A stretch of DNA of 50,819 bases from Candidatus Avispirillum sp. GTDB taxonomy: Bacteria; Bacillota; Clostridia; Oscillospirales; CAG-272. The DNA is taken from NCBI GenBank assembly GCA_045545335.1, contig JAZQAS010000027.1, forward strand, positions 1-50,819. Reading direction: 5' to 3'. The notes under the pieces are model-generated. The model worked only from the letters and a program-made list of their open reading frames with translations. It had not been told where the DNA came from and did no database searches. Made by a program: the position numbers and the translations under genes. This document shows positions 6,949 to 16,562 of the stretch, piece by piece (the stretch's first letter is position 1; each line of letters starts with the position of its first letter).

Positions 6949-8364
6949 TTAGAACTCCGCAGAGCCTGTGGTTCTGGGATAGGGGATAACGTCGCGGATA
7001 TTGGAAACGCCTGTGAGGTACATGATGATACGCTCAAAGCCAAGGCCGTAGCCCGCGTGCTTTGTGGAGCCGTAGCGACGGAGGTTTACGTACCACCAGT
7101 AGTCCTTCTCCTCAAGGCCGCACTCTGCCATTCTGGAAAGAAGCACGTCAAGACGCTCCTCTCTCTGGCTGCCGCCGATGATCTCACCGACGCCGGGAAC
7201 GAGAAGGTCCATTGCGGCAACGGTCTTATTATCATCGTTCAAGCGCATATAGAAGGCCTTGATCTCCTTGGGATAGTCTGTTACGAATACGGGAGCGTTG
7301 AACACCTTCTCAGTCAGGTATCTCTCGTGCTCTGTCTGGAGGTCGCAGCCCCAGCTTACGGGATACTTGAAGTCCTCGCCGGACTTAAGAAGAAGGTCGA
7401 TGGCCTCGGTATAGGTAACGGTCTTATACTCGCTGTCTGCAAGCTTTTCAAGTCTTTCAAGGAGGCCCTTATCAACAAAGCTGTTGAAGAAGTTGAGCTC
7501 TGCCTTGCAGGTTTTCAGAACGTGGCGGATGATATAGATTATCATATCCCACGCAAGCTGCATATTATCCTTAAGATCGGCAAATGCGATCTCGGGCTCG
7601 ATCATCCAGAACTCTGCCGCATGGCGGGGAGTGAAGGAGTTTTCAGCGCGGAAGGTGGGGCCGAAGGTATAGATATTACCAAAGGCCTGCGCATAGGTCT
7701 CGCCCTGAAGCTGACCGGAAACGGTGAGGCTCGTGGGCTTCTTGAAGAAGTCCTGAGACCAGTCGATAGAGCCGTCCTCAAGACGGGGAGGATTATCCAT
7801 ATCGAGAGTCGTTACGTGGAACATCTCGCCTGCGCCCTCGCAGTCGCTACCCGTGATAAGAGGAGTATGAACGTATACGAAGCCTCTCTCATGGAAGAAT
7901 GAATGGATAGCATACGCTGTTTCGCTTCTTACTCTGAACACTGCAGAGAAGAGGTTTGTACGGGGACGGAGATATGCGATCTCGCGGAGATACTCAACTG
8001 TATGACGCTTCTTCTGAAGGGGATAGTCGGGAGTTGAGGTGCCCTCGATCTCAACCTCCTCAGCCTTCAGCTCAAAGGGCTGCTTTGCGCCGGGGGTGAG
8101 GACGAGAGTGCCCTTTACGACGATAGCCGCGCCAACGTTGAGGCTCGTTACCTCAGCGTAGTTTGCAAGCTTCTGATTTTCAAGAACGACCTGAAGAGAC
8201 GTGAAATAGCTTCCGTCGTTAAGATCGGCAAAGCCGAACTCGTTTGAAGCGCGAATGCTTCTCGCCCAGCCTGCAACGGTTATCTGTTTTCCGTCGTAGC
8301 TTTCGGGGGATCTATAAATATCGGAAATAAGTTCTCTTTTCAAAGAAACCACCGCCTTTTTCAA
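6949..8364 (-). CDS. asnS: Asparagine--tRNA ligase
   Basis: Class IIb aaRS motifs are present: [32 protein letters not shown] and [15 protein letters not shown]. The start is TTG in the track, so the exact start is uncertain. Confidence 0.9.
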   Translation of the reverse strand: MKKAVVSLKRELISDIYRSPESYDGKQITVAGWARSIRASNEFGFADLNDGSYFTSLQVVLENQKLANYAEVTSLNVGAAIVVKGTLVLTPGAKQPFELKAEEVEIEGTSTPDYPLQKKRHTVEYLREIAYLRPRTNLFSAVFRVRSETAYAIHSFFHERGFVYVHTPLITGSDCEGAGEMFHVTTLDMDNPPRLEDGSIDWSQDFFKKPTSLTVSGQLQGETYAQAFGNIYTFGPTFRAENSFTPRHAAEFWMIEPEIAFADLKDNMQLAWDMIIYIIRHVLKTCKAELNFFNSFVDKGLLERLEKLADSEYKTVTYTEAIDLLLKSGEDFKYPVSWGCDLQTEHERYLTEKVFNAPVFVTDYPKEIKAFYMRLNDDNKTVAAMDLLVPGVGEIIGGSQREERLDVLLSRMAECGLEEKDYWWYVNLRRYGSTKHAGYGLGFERIIMYLTGVSNIRDVIPYPRTTGSAEF

Positions 8365-8490
8365 TATAAACTACCAATTATTTTATCACACACGGCAACT
8401 CTTGTCAATATTATAATTCACATATAAATCGCCCTTAAGTCCAATTATTGCCCTTCTAAGGGATATGCGAGCCCCATTTTAAAGAACAGC

Positions 8491-8518
8491 AAAAAACCGA
8501 CGGAGACCGTCGGTTTTT
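8491..8518 (-). terminator. Terminator of dockerin-protein gene
   Basis: aaccgacgg-agac-cgtcggtt hairpin, with TTTTTT following on the minus strand. Confidence 0.7.
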
Positions 8519-8529
8519 AACGTTATTTA

Positions 8530-9738
8530 TTAAAATCCGCTGATGGAGCCGGAGACGAACTGGGTGAGGATATTGGAGTCCTTACCGTTGATCTCGCCGT
8601 CAAAATTCACGTCTGAGGCCATTTTCTCAGTTTGTGTGGGGAGGAGCGAGCCGCTTACGAATTTCTTCAGGGTGTTGGAGTCCTTACCGTTTATATCACC
8701 GTCAGCATTGATATCTCCGAGAGTATACGCAGGCTCGGGCTCGCCGCAGGCCGTGCAGGCGCCCTCCACGAAATCGTGGCCCGTTGCCTCTACCAGGAGT
8801 GCCTCGGCTGTTGTTTCAACGGTGCAATCGTCATTTTCATAATACTTATCGCAAACAGAGCAATACCAATACTCCTGCATACCCGCCTCGAGGCAGGTAG
8901 GATCAACGGAGGGGACGCACTCGACAGCGTGGCCCGTGGAAGGCTCGAAATAGCCCTCCTTGGCGTTATCCACAAGGCGAAGAACGAACACAGCGTCAAC
9001 AGCTGAGCCGTTGGTTATGCTGAAAGCGTAGTGAGGAGCGATCATTGCTCCGTCTGTGGCTGCGGGGAAGGAGAACTCTATCTTTCCGTCGCCGTCAAAA
9101 TCAACGTATTCGGTGGTGCCGTACGTGACGGTAGCATTTGCAACAGCTTCTGCAGGGCCCTCAAGGATAACGCCCTTGCCTGCATAAACGCCTGCCGTAG
9201 AACCGTCAAGATAGCATACGGTTTTATTTGAGCCCACGGGAGCTGTAAAGCCGTCCGCGCTCTTTACTCTTACGGGGTCTGAATCAAGAGCGGTAACCAT
9301 ATCAAGGCTCACGTACATCTTGCGGGAAGGAATATTTCCCTCCTCATCGGGGAGAGCCCACATACCGATCTTCACCTCGGTGCCCTTGGTCACTCTAAGG
9401 GTGGAAACGGGGTTTGAAAACACCGTATCGTTTGCATAGTATCTTTTATCGCCGATCTCAACCACCAGCTGATAATCATAAACTCGGTTTCCGTCTGCAT
9501 CGTTGGCGGCATTCTCGACAGAAACAATTCCTGCGCTTGGCGCTGCAAAGGAATACCAGATACCGTCGCTGTCACCTTCCTCAAGGGTATTATTGAGAAG
9601 ATACATTCCGTAAAACTCCGTGGGAGCCATGGGATCGTCATAGGTGCCGAGAGCATCTGCGGCACTCACGCTAAGGCCAAAGGACATACAGCCCAGAAGC
9701 ATTGCGAAAAGGGTAAGTATAGCTACTGTTCTCTTCAT
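8530..9738 (-). CDS. Secreted protein with C-terminal type-I dockerin
   Basis: ATG 9738 after GGAGGAA. Signal peptide MKRTVAILTLFAMLLGCMSFGLSVSAADA. The C-terminus has duplicated Ca-binding loops DINADGDINGKD ... DVNFDGEINGKD. A Cys-rich segment CSVCDKYY..CTACGEP is also present. Confidence 0.85.
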   Translation of the reverse strand: MKRTVAILTLFAMLLGCMSFGLSVSAADALGTYDDPMAPTEFYGMYLLNNTLEEGDSDGIWYSFAAPSAGIVSVENAANDADGNRVYDYQLVVEIGDKRYYANDTVFSNPVSTLRVTKGTEVKIGMWALPDEEGNIPSRKMYVSLDMVTALDSDPVRVKSADGFTAPVGSNKTVCYLDGSTAGVYAGKGVILEGPAEAVANATVTYGTTEYVDFDGDGKIEFSFPAATDGAMIAPHYAFSITNGSAVDAVFVLRLVDNAKEGYFEPSTGHAVECVPSVDPTCLEAGMQEYWYCSVCDKYYENDDCTVETTAEALLVEATGHDFVEGACTACGEPEPAYTLGDINADGDINGKDSNTLKKFVSGSLLPTQTEKMASDVNFDGEINGKDSNILTQFVSGSISGF

Positions 9739-9880
9739 TATTCCTCCGTGGACATAATTAATAAAAAAGCACACGACTATTATACCTTTTTTTGTGCCAA
9801 AAAGCAATATCAATTGAACACAAACAATTTATTTGAACTTATATCCAATTAATCACGCTTGTTTTTGTCACATTTATCAA

Positions 9881-9919
9881 TAAAAAAGAGACGGCAACGG
9901 CAATTGCTGTCTCTTTTTA
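9881..9919. terminator. Bidirectional terminator-like hairpin
   Basis: agagacggcaa / ttgctgtctct stem flanked by an A-run and a T-run. Confidence 0.6.
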
Positions 9920-9925
9920 TATCAT

Positions 9926-12079
9926 TTATCCCATTTTGGACATCTGCCTCTGAGCCATTACAAGCTCAAAATAGATGCCCTTTCTTCTCATAAGCTCATC
10001 GTGAGTTCCGACCTCGGCGACCTCGCCGTGATCGAGGACCACGAGTCTCGTTGCATTTCTGAGGGTTGAAAGCCTATGGGCAATGGCAATGGTAGTTCTG
10101 CCTGAGATGAGCTGCTGGAGCGCATCCTGGATATCCTTCTCCGTTTCCGTATCGAGGGCGCTGGTCGCCTCATCGAGAATGAGAAATCTCGGATCGTGCA
10201 GAAGGGCTCTCGCAATGGCAACTCTCTGACGCTCGCCGCCCGAAAGAGTATATCCCTTTTCGCCGATGACAGTATTATATCCGTCTGCAAGCTTTACGGC
10301 AAACTTATGTACTCCCGCAAGCTTTGCGGCGGTTATTACCTCATCGGGAGTAGCGCCGGGCTTTGAATACGCGATATTATCGTAAAGCGTTCCCGAGAAC
10401 AGCATGGTCTCCTGCAGAACTACGCCCATCTGACGGCGCAGAGACTCCTGAGTGATATCTCTGATATCAACGCCGCCGATGGAGATGGAGCCTGCATCGG
10501 GATCGTACATTCTCATTATAAGGTTTATGAGAGTGGATTTACCAACGCCCGAGCGGCCGACGATGCCTATCATCTCGCCGGGCTTGATATTCAGATTGAT
10601 ATTATGAAGAACGGTATGTCCGTTCTCATATCCGAAGGACATATTCTTGATCTCTATCTCGCCTGCAGGCTCAAGAGCTCTCGCATCTGCTCTGTCCTCA
10701 ACGTCGCACTCCTCGTCTATAACGTCAAACACCTTTGCAACGCTCGTCATAGTCGTGGTGATGCGGCGGGGCATCATAGCTATCCAGCGAAGGGGGCCGT
10801 ATATAAGGCTTACGTAGGAGGAGAACTGCTGCATCTCACCGAAGGTCATCTCACCGGAAAGGATGGCGTTACCCACGAAATAGAGAAGGAAAAATTCGCC
10901 AACGCCCATAAGAAAGCTGGTTATGGGGTTGATAACGGCGAAATAGGTCTCGTTATCTATTCGAACGTCGCACTCTTCCCTGATGGACTTATCGTAACGA
11001 GCCCTTTCAGCCTTTTCCGTTCCGAAGGCCTTGACAACTCTGATGCCTGAGAAGATATCGTGGAGTATGGTATTGGCCACAGCTCCCATATGCCACTGCC
11101 TGCCGTAGCGCGCTCTGAGGAATCTCCACATAAGTCTGTGGGAGAGGATGATAAGGGGCATGGGGGCGATAATGAGAAGTGCGAGGCGCCAATCGTAGAT
11201 AAACAGCACGGTTCCCACGCCGAGAAGCATAAGCACCTGCTCTATAAGAGAGCCGATATCGTTTGTTATAAACTGCTGGATATGGGCCGTATCCTCTGTG
11301 ACGCGGTTCATAAGCTCACCTGAGGTGCGCTTTGAAACTCGGGCAAGGGACAGATGCTGTATCTTATCGAAAATGATGGATCTCAGACGCACAATGAGCT
11401 TATTGCTGGCCTTGAGCTGAGTATAGGTCCTCAGCATTCCGAGGAGGCGGGATGCGAGGTTTACTATAAGTATCATTGCAACTGCGAGAACGTACTGCCC
11501 TACCTTGGGAAGGCCCTCTGCGCGGATGAAATCATCAACGAGGATCCTGTTGAAATAAGGGAGGAGCAGGTTTATTCCCGCAATGACGAAATAGAGAAGG
11601 ACGGAAAGATATATGAACTTTCTGTAAGGCTTTGCAATAGTCCAGAGCCTTTTTATATACTGTCCCTTCTTTTCGCAATGGGGGCATTTTTTAGAGCCGT
11701 GGGGAAAGGGCCTATGGCACTTGGGACAAAGAACTCCCTCCTCGATATTCTCCGAATTCTCAAAGGTACCATCCTCAAGGCAGCGGTTAAGTATCTTCAC
11801 CGCATTTGCGAAGGTATCGTTCTTTTCCATACTGCCGCGGCATATAAGTATCTCTCCGCCCTCAAGGCTTTCAGCCTCAAGAAGAGCGCAGCCAACACCC
11901 ATACCGCATTTATAGCTCTTTATATTATCTGTTTTAACGGTGCGCATCCCCTCTGCGCCCCATATCTCTATCCTGTCGGGATAGAAGTCAGCTCTGCCCT
12001 CTGTTCTTTTCCTGCCTGAATTGCCGGAAAGATCAAAGGTCACGCTGACGTACGGTGCTTTATTCTTCGTTTCTGCCAT
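9926..12079 (-). CDS. ABC exporter fused permease/ATPase with ~150-aa N-terminal cytosolic domain and zinc ribbon
   Basis: Walker A GRSGVGKST, signature LSGGERQR and Walker B ILDEATSALD, with 6 TM helices before the NBD. The N-terminal extension carries CPKCHRPFPHGSKKCPHC. Confidence 0.85.
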   Translation of the reverse strand: MAETKNKAPYVSVTFDLSGNSGRKRTEGRADFYPDRIEIWGAEGMRTVKTDNIKSYKCGMGVGCALLEAESLEGGEILICRGSMEKNDTFANAVKILNRCLEDGTFENSENIEEGVLCPKCHRPFPHGSKKCPHCEKKGQYIKRLWTIAKPYRKFIYLSVLLYFVIAGINLLLPYFNRILVDDFIRAEGLPKVGQYVLAVAMILIVNLASRLLGMLRTYTQLKASNKLIVRLRSIIFDKIQHLSLARVSKRTSGELMNRVTEDTAHIQQFITNDIGSLIEQVLMLLGVGTVLFIYDWRLALLIIAPMPLIILSHRLMWRFLRARYGRQWHMGAVANTILHDIFSGIRVVKAFGTEKAERARYDKSIREECDVRIDNETYFAVINPITSFLMGVGEFFLLYFVGNAILSGEMTFGEMQQFSSYVSLIYGPLRWIAMMPRRITTTMTSVAKVFDVIDEECDVEDRADARALEPAGEIEIKNMSFGYENGHTVLHNINLNIKPGEMIGIVGRSGVGKSTLINLIMRMYDPDAGSISIGGVDIRDITQESLRRQMGVVLQETMLFSGTLYDNIAYSKPGATPDEVITAAKLAGVHKFAVKLADGYNTVIGEKGYTLSGGERQRVAIARALLHDPRFLILDEATSALDTETEKDIQDALQQLISGRTTIAIAHRLSTLRNATRLVVLDHGEVAEVGTHDELMRRKGIYFELVMAQRQMSKMG

Positions 12080-12091
12080 TGCTTTCCCCCG

Positions 12092-12640
12092 TTACAAGTA
12101 AAGCTCAAGCTTTCTGAAGCTCTTTTTGTCAAGTGCCGAAAGTGATTCTATCTCGTATCTGTTTCCGCAAATGTCAAAAACGAAGGCGCGGTCCTCGCCA
12201 AGCCTTGAAATGCTTCTTGAGGTATCCTGCAAAGTGAAGGTAAGCTCCCCCGCATCGCTCATAACGCGCCAGAATGAGAAGCCTCTCGTTTCCTTGAGGG
12301 TGATTATCTTCTCGATCTTCGGAGTATAATACTTTCTTTCAAGCTCAGCGCGGATGAGCTCTGCGGTCTCCTCGCTGAATGCGCTTACGGAGCGGATAAG
12401 GCCAAGCTCCTCCTGATCCTTATTCTGAACGGAGATATACTCGAAGGGCATATTGAAGGGGAAGGAGCGATGGAGCCATACCCTCTCAAATCTTTCCGTT
12501 TTCATTTCTCCGTTCTCATCGGGGAGAGTCAGCTCAGCGCCCAGAAAGTCACAGCTTTTGAAAAACGCGGCGTTCTCCTCTGTCAGATATACTATCCCCG
12601 CCGCATCGGCAAGGGTGTATATATTTTTATTTTCACTCAT
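12092..12640 (-). CDS. DUF1854-like protein (small cytosolic protein characteristically sandwiched between two ABC exporter genes)
   Basis: 182 aa with the segment FERVWLHRSFPFNMPFEYISVQNKDQEELGLIRS. The family name is from memory. The position between two ABC half-transporter genes fits. Confidence 0.6.
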   Translation of the reverse strand: MSENKNIYTLADAAGIVYLTEENAAFFKSCDFLGAELTLPDENGEMKTERFERVWLHRSFPFNMPFEYISVQNKDQEELGLIRSVSAFSEETAELIRAELERKYYTPKIEKIITLKETRGFSFWRVMSDAGELTFTLQDTSRSISRLGEDRAFVFDICGNRYEIESLSALDKKSFRKLELYL

Positions 12641-12661
12641 ATAGATTTCCTTTCCTTGGCT

Positions 12662-15040
12662 TTACTCGCCGACGCCTGCGTTCTTGAGAGCCTGATACTG
12701 AAGAGTATACAGCTTGAAGTAGATGCCCTTCTTCTGTATAAGCTCCATATGGCTTCCCTCCTCTGCCACCTTACCGTTTTCAATTACGAAAAGCTTTTCG
12801 CAATCGCGGAGGGTGGAAAGGCGATGGGCTATCATAATGGTGGTTCTGTTTTCCGTCAGCTTCTCAAGCGCTCGCTGGATGCTTCTCTCGGTCTTCGTAT
12901 CCATTGCGCTGGTGGCCTCATCGAGAATAAGTATCTTCGGGTCGCGAAGGATTGCGCGGGCTATGGAAACTCGCTGTCTCTCGCCGCCCGAAAGCTCCTT
13001 ATATCCCCAGCCGAGGCGGGTAGCATATCCGTCGGGCAGCTTGATTATAAAATCGTGGGCTCCCGATATCTTTGCCGCGGTTATTATCTCCTCCACCGTT
13101 GCATCGGGCTTTGCATATTTGATATTATCAAGTATGGTGCCCTGGAAAAGATAGGTCTCCTGAGAAACGATGGCAACGTTTTTTCTGATGGTCTCAAAGG
13201 AAAGATCGCGAACGTCGTAGCCGTCGATGGAAATAGAACCCATATCCGTATCGTAAAGGCGGATAAGCAGGTTTGCAATGGTGGATTTGCCTGCGCCCGT
13301 ATGGCCGACGATGCCTATCTTTGACCCTGCGGGAATATCAATGGAAACGTTTTCGATGACCTTTCTCGTTTTATCATAGCCGAAGGTCACGTCAGAGAAG
13401 CGGACTGCGCCGTCTATGGACTCAAGGCGCACAGGGTCCTCCTTTTCAAAGACCTCGGGCTCTGCATCCATGACCTCCATAAGGCGGTACGTAGCGTTGA
13501 AGCAGTTAGTTACGCTCTGGGTTATATTAACGAAGAACATAAGGGGGCTCATCATCATGCCCGCGTATGCCGTGAAGGTCATAAGAGTACCGTAGGTCAG
13601 CTCGTCTATAATAACGAGCCAACCGCCCACTCCCAGAACGAGAGTTGAGCTGATGACGAAAAGGAAGGTGGCCATGGGGAACACCGTTCCCGAATAGAGG
13701 CCGGACTCAAAATCAGCATTGGCAAGACGCTCGCTTCGCTTATTGAATCTGCCGATCTCGTCCCTCTCTCTTGAGAAGGCCTTGACCACGCGCACGCCCG
13801 AAAGCACGTCGGAGAGCATACCGTTCATTGAGCGGGATGCGGAGAAGCGCTTTGCGTGGAACTTCTTCATCTTATGGGAAAGGCCCTTGATGATGAAGAA
13901 TATGAGGGGGCAGAAAACGAGAGCAACGATGGAGAGGCGCCAGTCTATGAAGAACATGATAACGCCAACCGCCACGGTCTGCACCACGTTTACGATAAGA
14001 TAGGGCAGTCCGTCAACAAAGAACCAATAGATGGTATTGGCGTCTCCGTTTACCTGATTCATAAGAGCGCCCGTTCTGCGGTTCGTATAGAATGAGAGAG
14101 AAAGCCTCTCTACGGAATCGAAAATGGTCTTTTTCATATCGTAGACCAGCTTCGGAACTATTCTCGCCGTTATGATATTATTGACCATATCAACGAGGAG
14201 GGAAACTATCCTCATAGAAACTATGAGAAGGATAACGAGAATGACCTGACCGTAGAACTTACCGCCCACAGTCAGTACCTGATCGTAATAAAATCCCGAG
14301 CTGATATAGGGGGAGATAACTCCAAGAGCGCTGACCATTGCCATTGCAAGAAGGATGAGCAGAACGCTGAACTTATATCTTCCGAGAAAGAACATAAGCC
14401 GCTTGATAACGCTTGCCTTATCCATACAGTGGGGGCATATCTTATTATGAGGATCGGGATATCGCCTCTGACATTTCGGGCAATATTCATCCTCCTTTTT
14501 TCTTCTTCCGTGAGGCCCGCCGGGGCCGTGGGGTCCGCCGTGAGGTCCGCCGGGGCCGTGAGGGACGTGGGGATGATCCTCCTTTTGGGGATGCTCCTCT
14601 CCCTCGGGGCCATCCTTTTTATCGCCCTCGTTAAGAAGGCGGCAAAGCTCCTGAAAATCCTCCTCATACTGACCTGTCAGATAAGTGATGAGGCAATAGG
14701 AGCCTGTATCCTTATTATAGGCCGTTAAAATACAGCCTGATATCTGCTTTTCCGTTTTAAAATCGGAAAGGGGCCTTCTGTCAAGCCTCTTTTCCGATAT
14801 CTTTCCGTAGCGGACGGTCAGCTTTTTGGGGTCGCGTTTCTTTACCCCCTCCTTCGGCACTACAAGCTGAATGCCGCCGATCATAACTATCTCCTCCTCT
14901 GTTACAAGGAGCCAGTTATCGCAATATACTCCGTCGCTATCCTTATCGGCGCGGGCTGCGAAAAGGATATCCTTTTCAAGGACACCGTATTTCTCGGCCT
15001 CGCGAAATACCTCATCGGGTATTCTGTCAAACTTTATCAC
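12662..15040 (-). CDS. ABC exporter fused permease/ATPase with ~220-aa N-terminal domain, His/Gly/Pro tract and zinc ribbon
   Basis: Walker A GHTGAGKST, LSGGERQR and ILDEATSAMD. GTG start 15040 after GGTGA. The N-terminus contains HPHVPHGPGGPHGGPHGPGGPHG followed by CPKCQRRYPDPHNKICPHC. Confidence 0.85.
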   Translation of the reverse strand: MIKFDRIPDEVFREAEKYGVLEKDILFAARADKDSDGVYCDNWLLVTEEEIVMIGGIQLVVPKEGVKKRDPKKLTVRYGKISEKRLDRRPLSDFKTEKQISGCILTAYNKDTGSYCLITYLTGQYEEDFQELCRLLNEGDKKDGPEGEEHPQKEDHPHVPHGPGGPHGGPHGPGGPHGRRKKEDEYCPKCQRRYPDPHNKICPHCMDKASVIKRLMFFLGRYKFSVLLILLAMAMVSALGVISPYISSGFYYDQVLTVGGKFYGQVILVILLIVSMRIVSLLVDMVNNIITARIVPKLVYDMKKTIFDSVERLSLSFYTNRRTGALMNQVNGDANTIYWFFVDGLPYLIVNVVQTVAVGVIMFFIDWRLSIVALVFCPLIFFIIKGLSHKMKKFHAKRFSASRSMNGMLSDVLSGVRVVKAFSRERDEIGRFNKRSERLANADFESGLYSGTVFPMATFLFVISSTLVLGVGGWLVIIDELTYGTLMTFTAYAGMMMSPLMFFVNITQSVTNCFNATYRLMEVMDAEPEVFEKEDPVRLESIDGAVRFSDVTFGYDKTRKVIENVSIDIPAGSKIGIVGHTGAGKSTIANLLIRLYDTDMGSISIDGYDVRDLSFETIRKNVAIVSQETYLFQGTILDNIKYAKPDATVEEIITAAKISGAHDFIIKLPDGYATRLGWGYKELSGGERQRVSIARAILRDPKILILDEATSAMDTKTERSIQRALEKLTENRTTIMIAHRLSTLRDCEKLFVIENGKVAEEGSHMELIQKKGIYFKLYTLQYQALKNAGVGE
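14508..14560 (-). repeat. 30-nt-period direct repeat encoding the (H)GPGGPHG tract
   Basis: ccgtgaggcccgccggggccgtg (14508-14530) and ccgtgaggtccgccggggccgtg (14538-14560), 22/23 identical. Confidence 0.8.
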
Positions 15041-15111
15041 TTACTTTATTCACCAATCCTTTAAATCTGCTCAGCAGGGCTTGCGCATTTTACAAGCTGT
15101 ATGCGCTTTTT

Positions 15112-15156
15112 GCAAAAATCAGGGGAGGCGCTGCACGACTGCAGCGCTCTCCCCCA
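15112..15156 (-). terminator. Terminator of RpiB-like gene
   Basis: Minus strand GGGGAGAGCGCTGCAG-TCG-TGCAGCGCCTCCCC followed by TGATTTTT. Confidence 0.7.
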
Positions 15157-15165
15157 AAAAATCTA

Positions 15166-15747
15166 TTATAAAGACTTGAGCTCTTCGGGCTTATCGCAAT
15201 CATCAAGAGGAATATCAATAGCATCGGGGAACTCGAAGCCGTTCTTCTTGAAGGTCTCGTAATCGAAGTTGTCAAGCTCATCGTATGCGAGCTTATGGAA
15301 CTCGTAGAAGTTGGGCCACCACTCGTAGCCATCGCCAAGGTTATGATAGAGGTATGCCTCTGCCATCTGGATACCGAGGTTCTTGCCTACCCAGTGTCCG
15401 CCCATGGAAAGAACGTTTACGTTGTTACCTGTGATAGCGCGGAGAGCCGCGTGGGGAGTTTCAACAACAGCTGCGTGAACGTGGGGGCACTTGCTTGCAG
15501 CGATATGGATACCCATACCTGTGCCGCAGAAAATGAGAGCGCGCTCAAACTCGCCCTCTGCGATCTTTGCGCCGACCTTAAGGCCGATGCGGTGGAACAT
15601 CTCGGGATTTTCCTCATCAACTGTCTTAACACCGATATCGGTGATGGTCCAGCCGTGCTTCTCGAGATGAGCGCAGATATGATTCTTAAGTTCAACGCCT
15701 GCAAAGTCAGCCGCTACGAGCAGCTGCTTATCCTTAATTGTTTTCAT
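15166..15747 (-). CDS. RpiB/LacA/LacB-family sugar-phosphate isomerase with ~45-aa acidic C-terminal extension
   Basis: CGTGMGIHIAASKCPHVHAAV and the overall layout match the RpiB family. At 193 aa it is longer than the ~150 aa typical of the family. The tail is ..DELDNFDYETFKKNGFEFPDAIDIPLDDCDKPEELKSL. Confidence 0.7.
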   Translation of the reverse strand: MKTIKDKQLLVAADFAGVELKNHICAHLEKHGWTITDIGVKTVDEENPEMFHRIGLKVGAKIAEGEFERALIFCGTGMGIHIAASKCPHVHAAVVETPHAALRAITGNNVNVLSMGGHWVGKNLGIQMAEAYLYHNLGDGYEWWPNFYEFHKLAYDELDNFDYETFKKNGFEFPDAIDIPLDDCDKPEELKSL

Positions 15748-15877
15748 ACTATCTATACCTCCGACAGATAAAATTAATTATTCTTTCATTATTTTAGCAT
15801 CCTAACCCTTTTTTGTCAATCAATTATCCGTTTATTTTACATTGTTTACAAAAAATATGAATTTTCATTTTTTCCTC

Positions 15878-15906
15878 TTTTCAAAGTAAAAAACGGGTGC
15901 TATAAT
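15878..15906 (+). promoter_or_regulatory. Extended -10 promoter for the 15937 gene
   Basis: ttttca, 17-nt spacer, then tgcTATAAT (15898-15906). Confidence 0.45.
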
Positions 15907-15936
15907 ATTCCCGTAAAAAATTCAGGAGGTTGGCAT

Positions 15937-16476
15937 ATGAAAAGCTATCACTTAAAAAAACTCGTTATCTCTGCAATCTTTGCGTCTCTTATCTGCGTCA
16001 CCACCGTCGCTCTGCCCATTCCCTTGCCCGGTAGCGGATATGCAAATCTCGGCGACACCTTCATCGCTCTTGCCGCCTTCTTCGTTGGCCCTGTTTGGGG
16101 CTTCTTTGCCGCAGGCCTCGGCTCTGCCCTCTCCGATATTATTCTCGGATATTCGGTCTACGCCCCCGCCACATTTATTATCAAGGGCGCGATGGCCGTA
16201 GTTTATATCCTGGTGTTCCGCCCCTTTGCGAAGACCAAGATAAGGATCCCCATGTCTGCCCTTAGCGCCCTAAGTGCTGAGGCCCTTATGGTTTTGGGAT
16301 ATTTTGCATACGAGGCTCTTATCTATTCCCCCGCATCAGCCCTCCCAAACGTTACGGGAAATCTTATGCAGGGCCTTTGCGGCACGGTGATCTCCACAGT
16401 TGCCGTTGCGATCCTTTCCCACAACAGGTTCATTATTAAAAACTCTTACCTTTCGGAAAGAACGAACGATAAATGA
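15937..16476 (+). CDS. Small 5-6 TM membrane protein, ECF-transporter S-component-like (substrate unknown)
   Basis: 179 aa, RBS AGGAGG. LPIPLPGSGYANLGDTFIALAAFFVGPVWG resembles ECF S components. No riboswitch-length leader. Confidence 0.5.
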   Translation: MKSYHLKKLVISAIFASLICVTTVALPIPLPGSGYANLGDTFIALAAFFVGPVWGFFAAGLGSALSDIILGYSVYAPATFIIKGAMAVVYILVFRPFAKTKIRIPMSALSALSAEALMVLGYFAYEALIYSPASALPNVTGNLMQGLCGTVISTVAVAILSHNRFIIKNSYLSERTNDK

Positions 16477-16484
16477 TATTTTTG

Positions 16485-16512
16485 AAAACCGCTTTTGCGG
16501 TTTTCTTTTTTT
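16485..16512 (+). terminator. Terminator of the S-component-like gene
   Basis: aaaaccgc-tttt-gcggtttt followed by cttttttt. Confidence 0.75.
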
Positions 16513-16562
16513 GATATTCTTTAAAACCGGAAAGAACGTCGAAAAAGGCGCGGCTTTTATTG

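Noticed and set aside
8365-8529. T-box leaders upstream of asnS (8365-8529) and glyQS (33470-33569).
   Set aside because: The intergenic regions are only ~100-165 nt and are mostly occupied by the neighbouring gene's terminator. No specifier-loop/T-box (AGGGUGGNACCGCG-like) sequence was seen.
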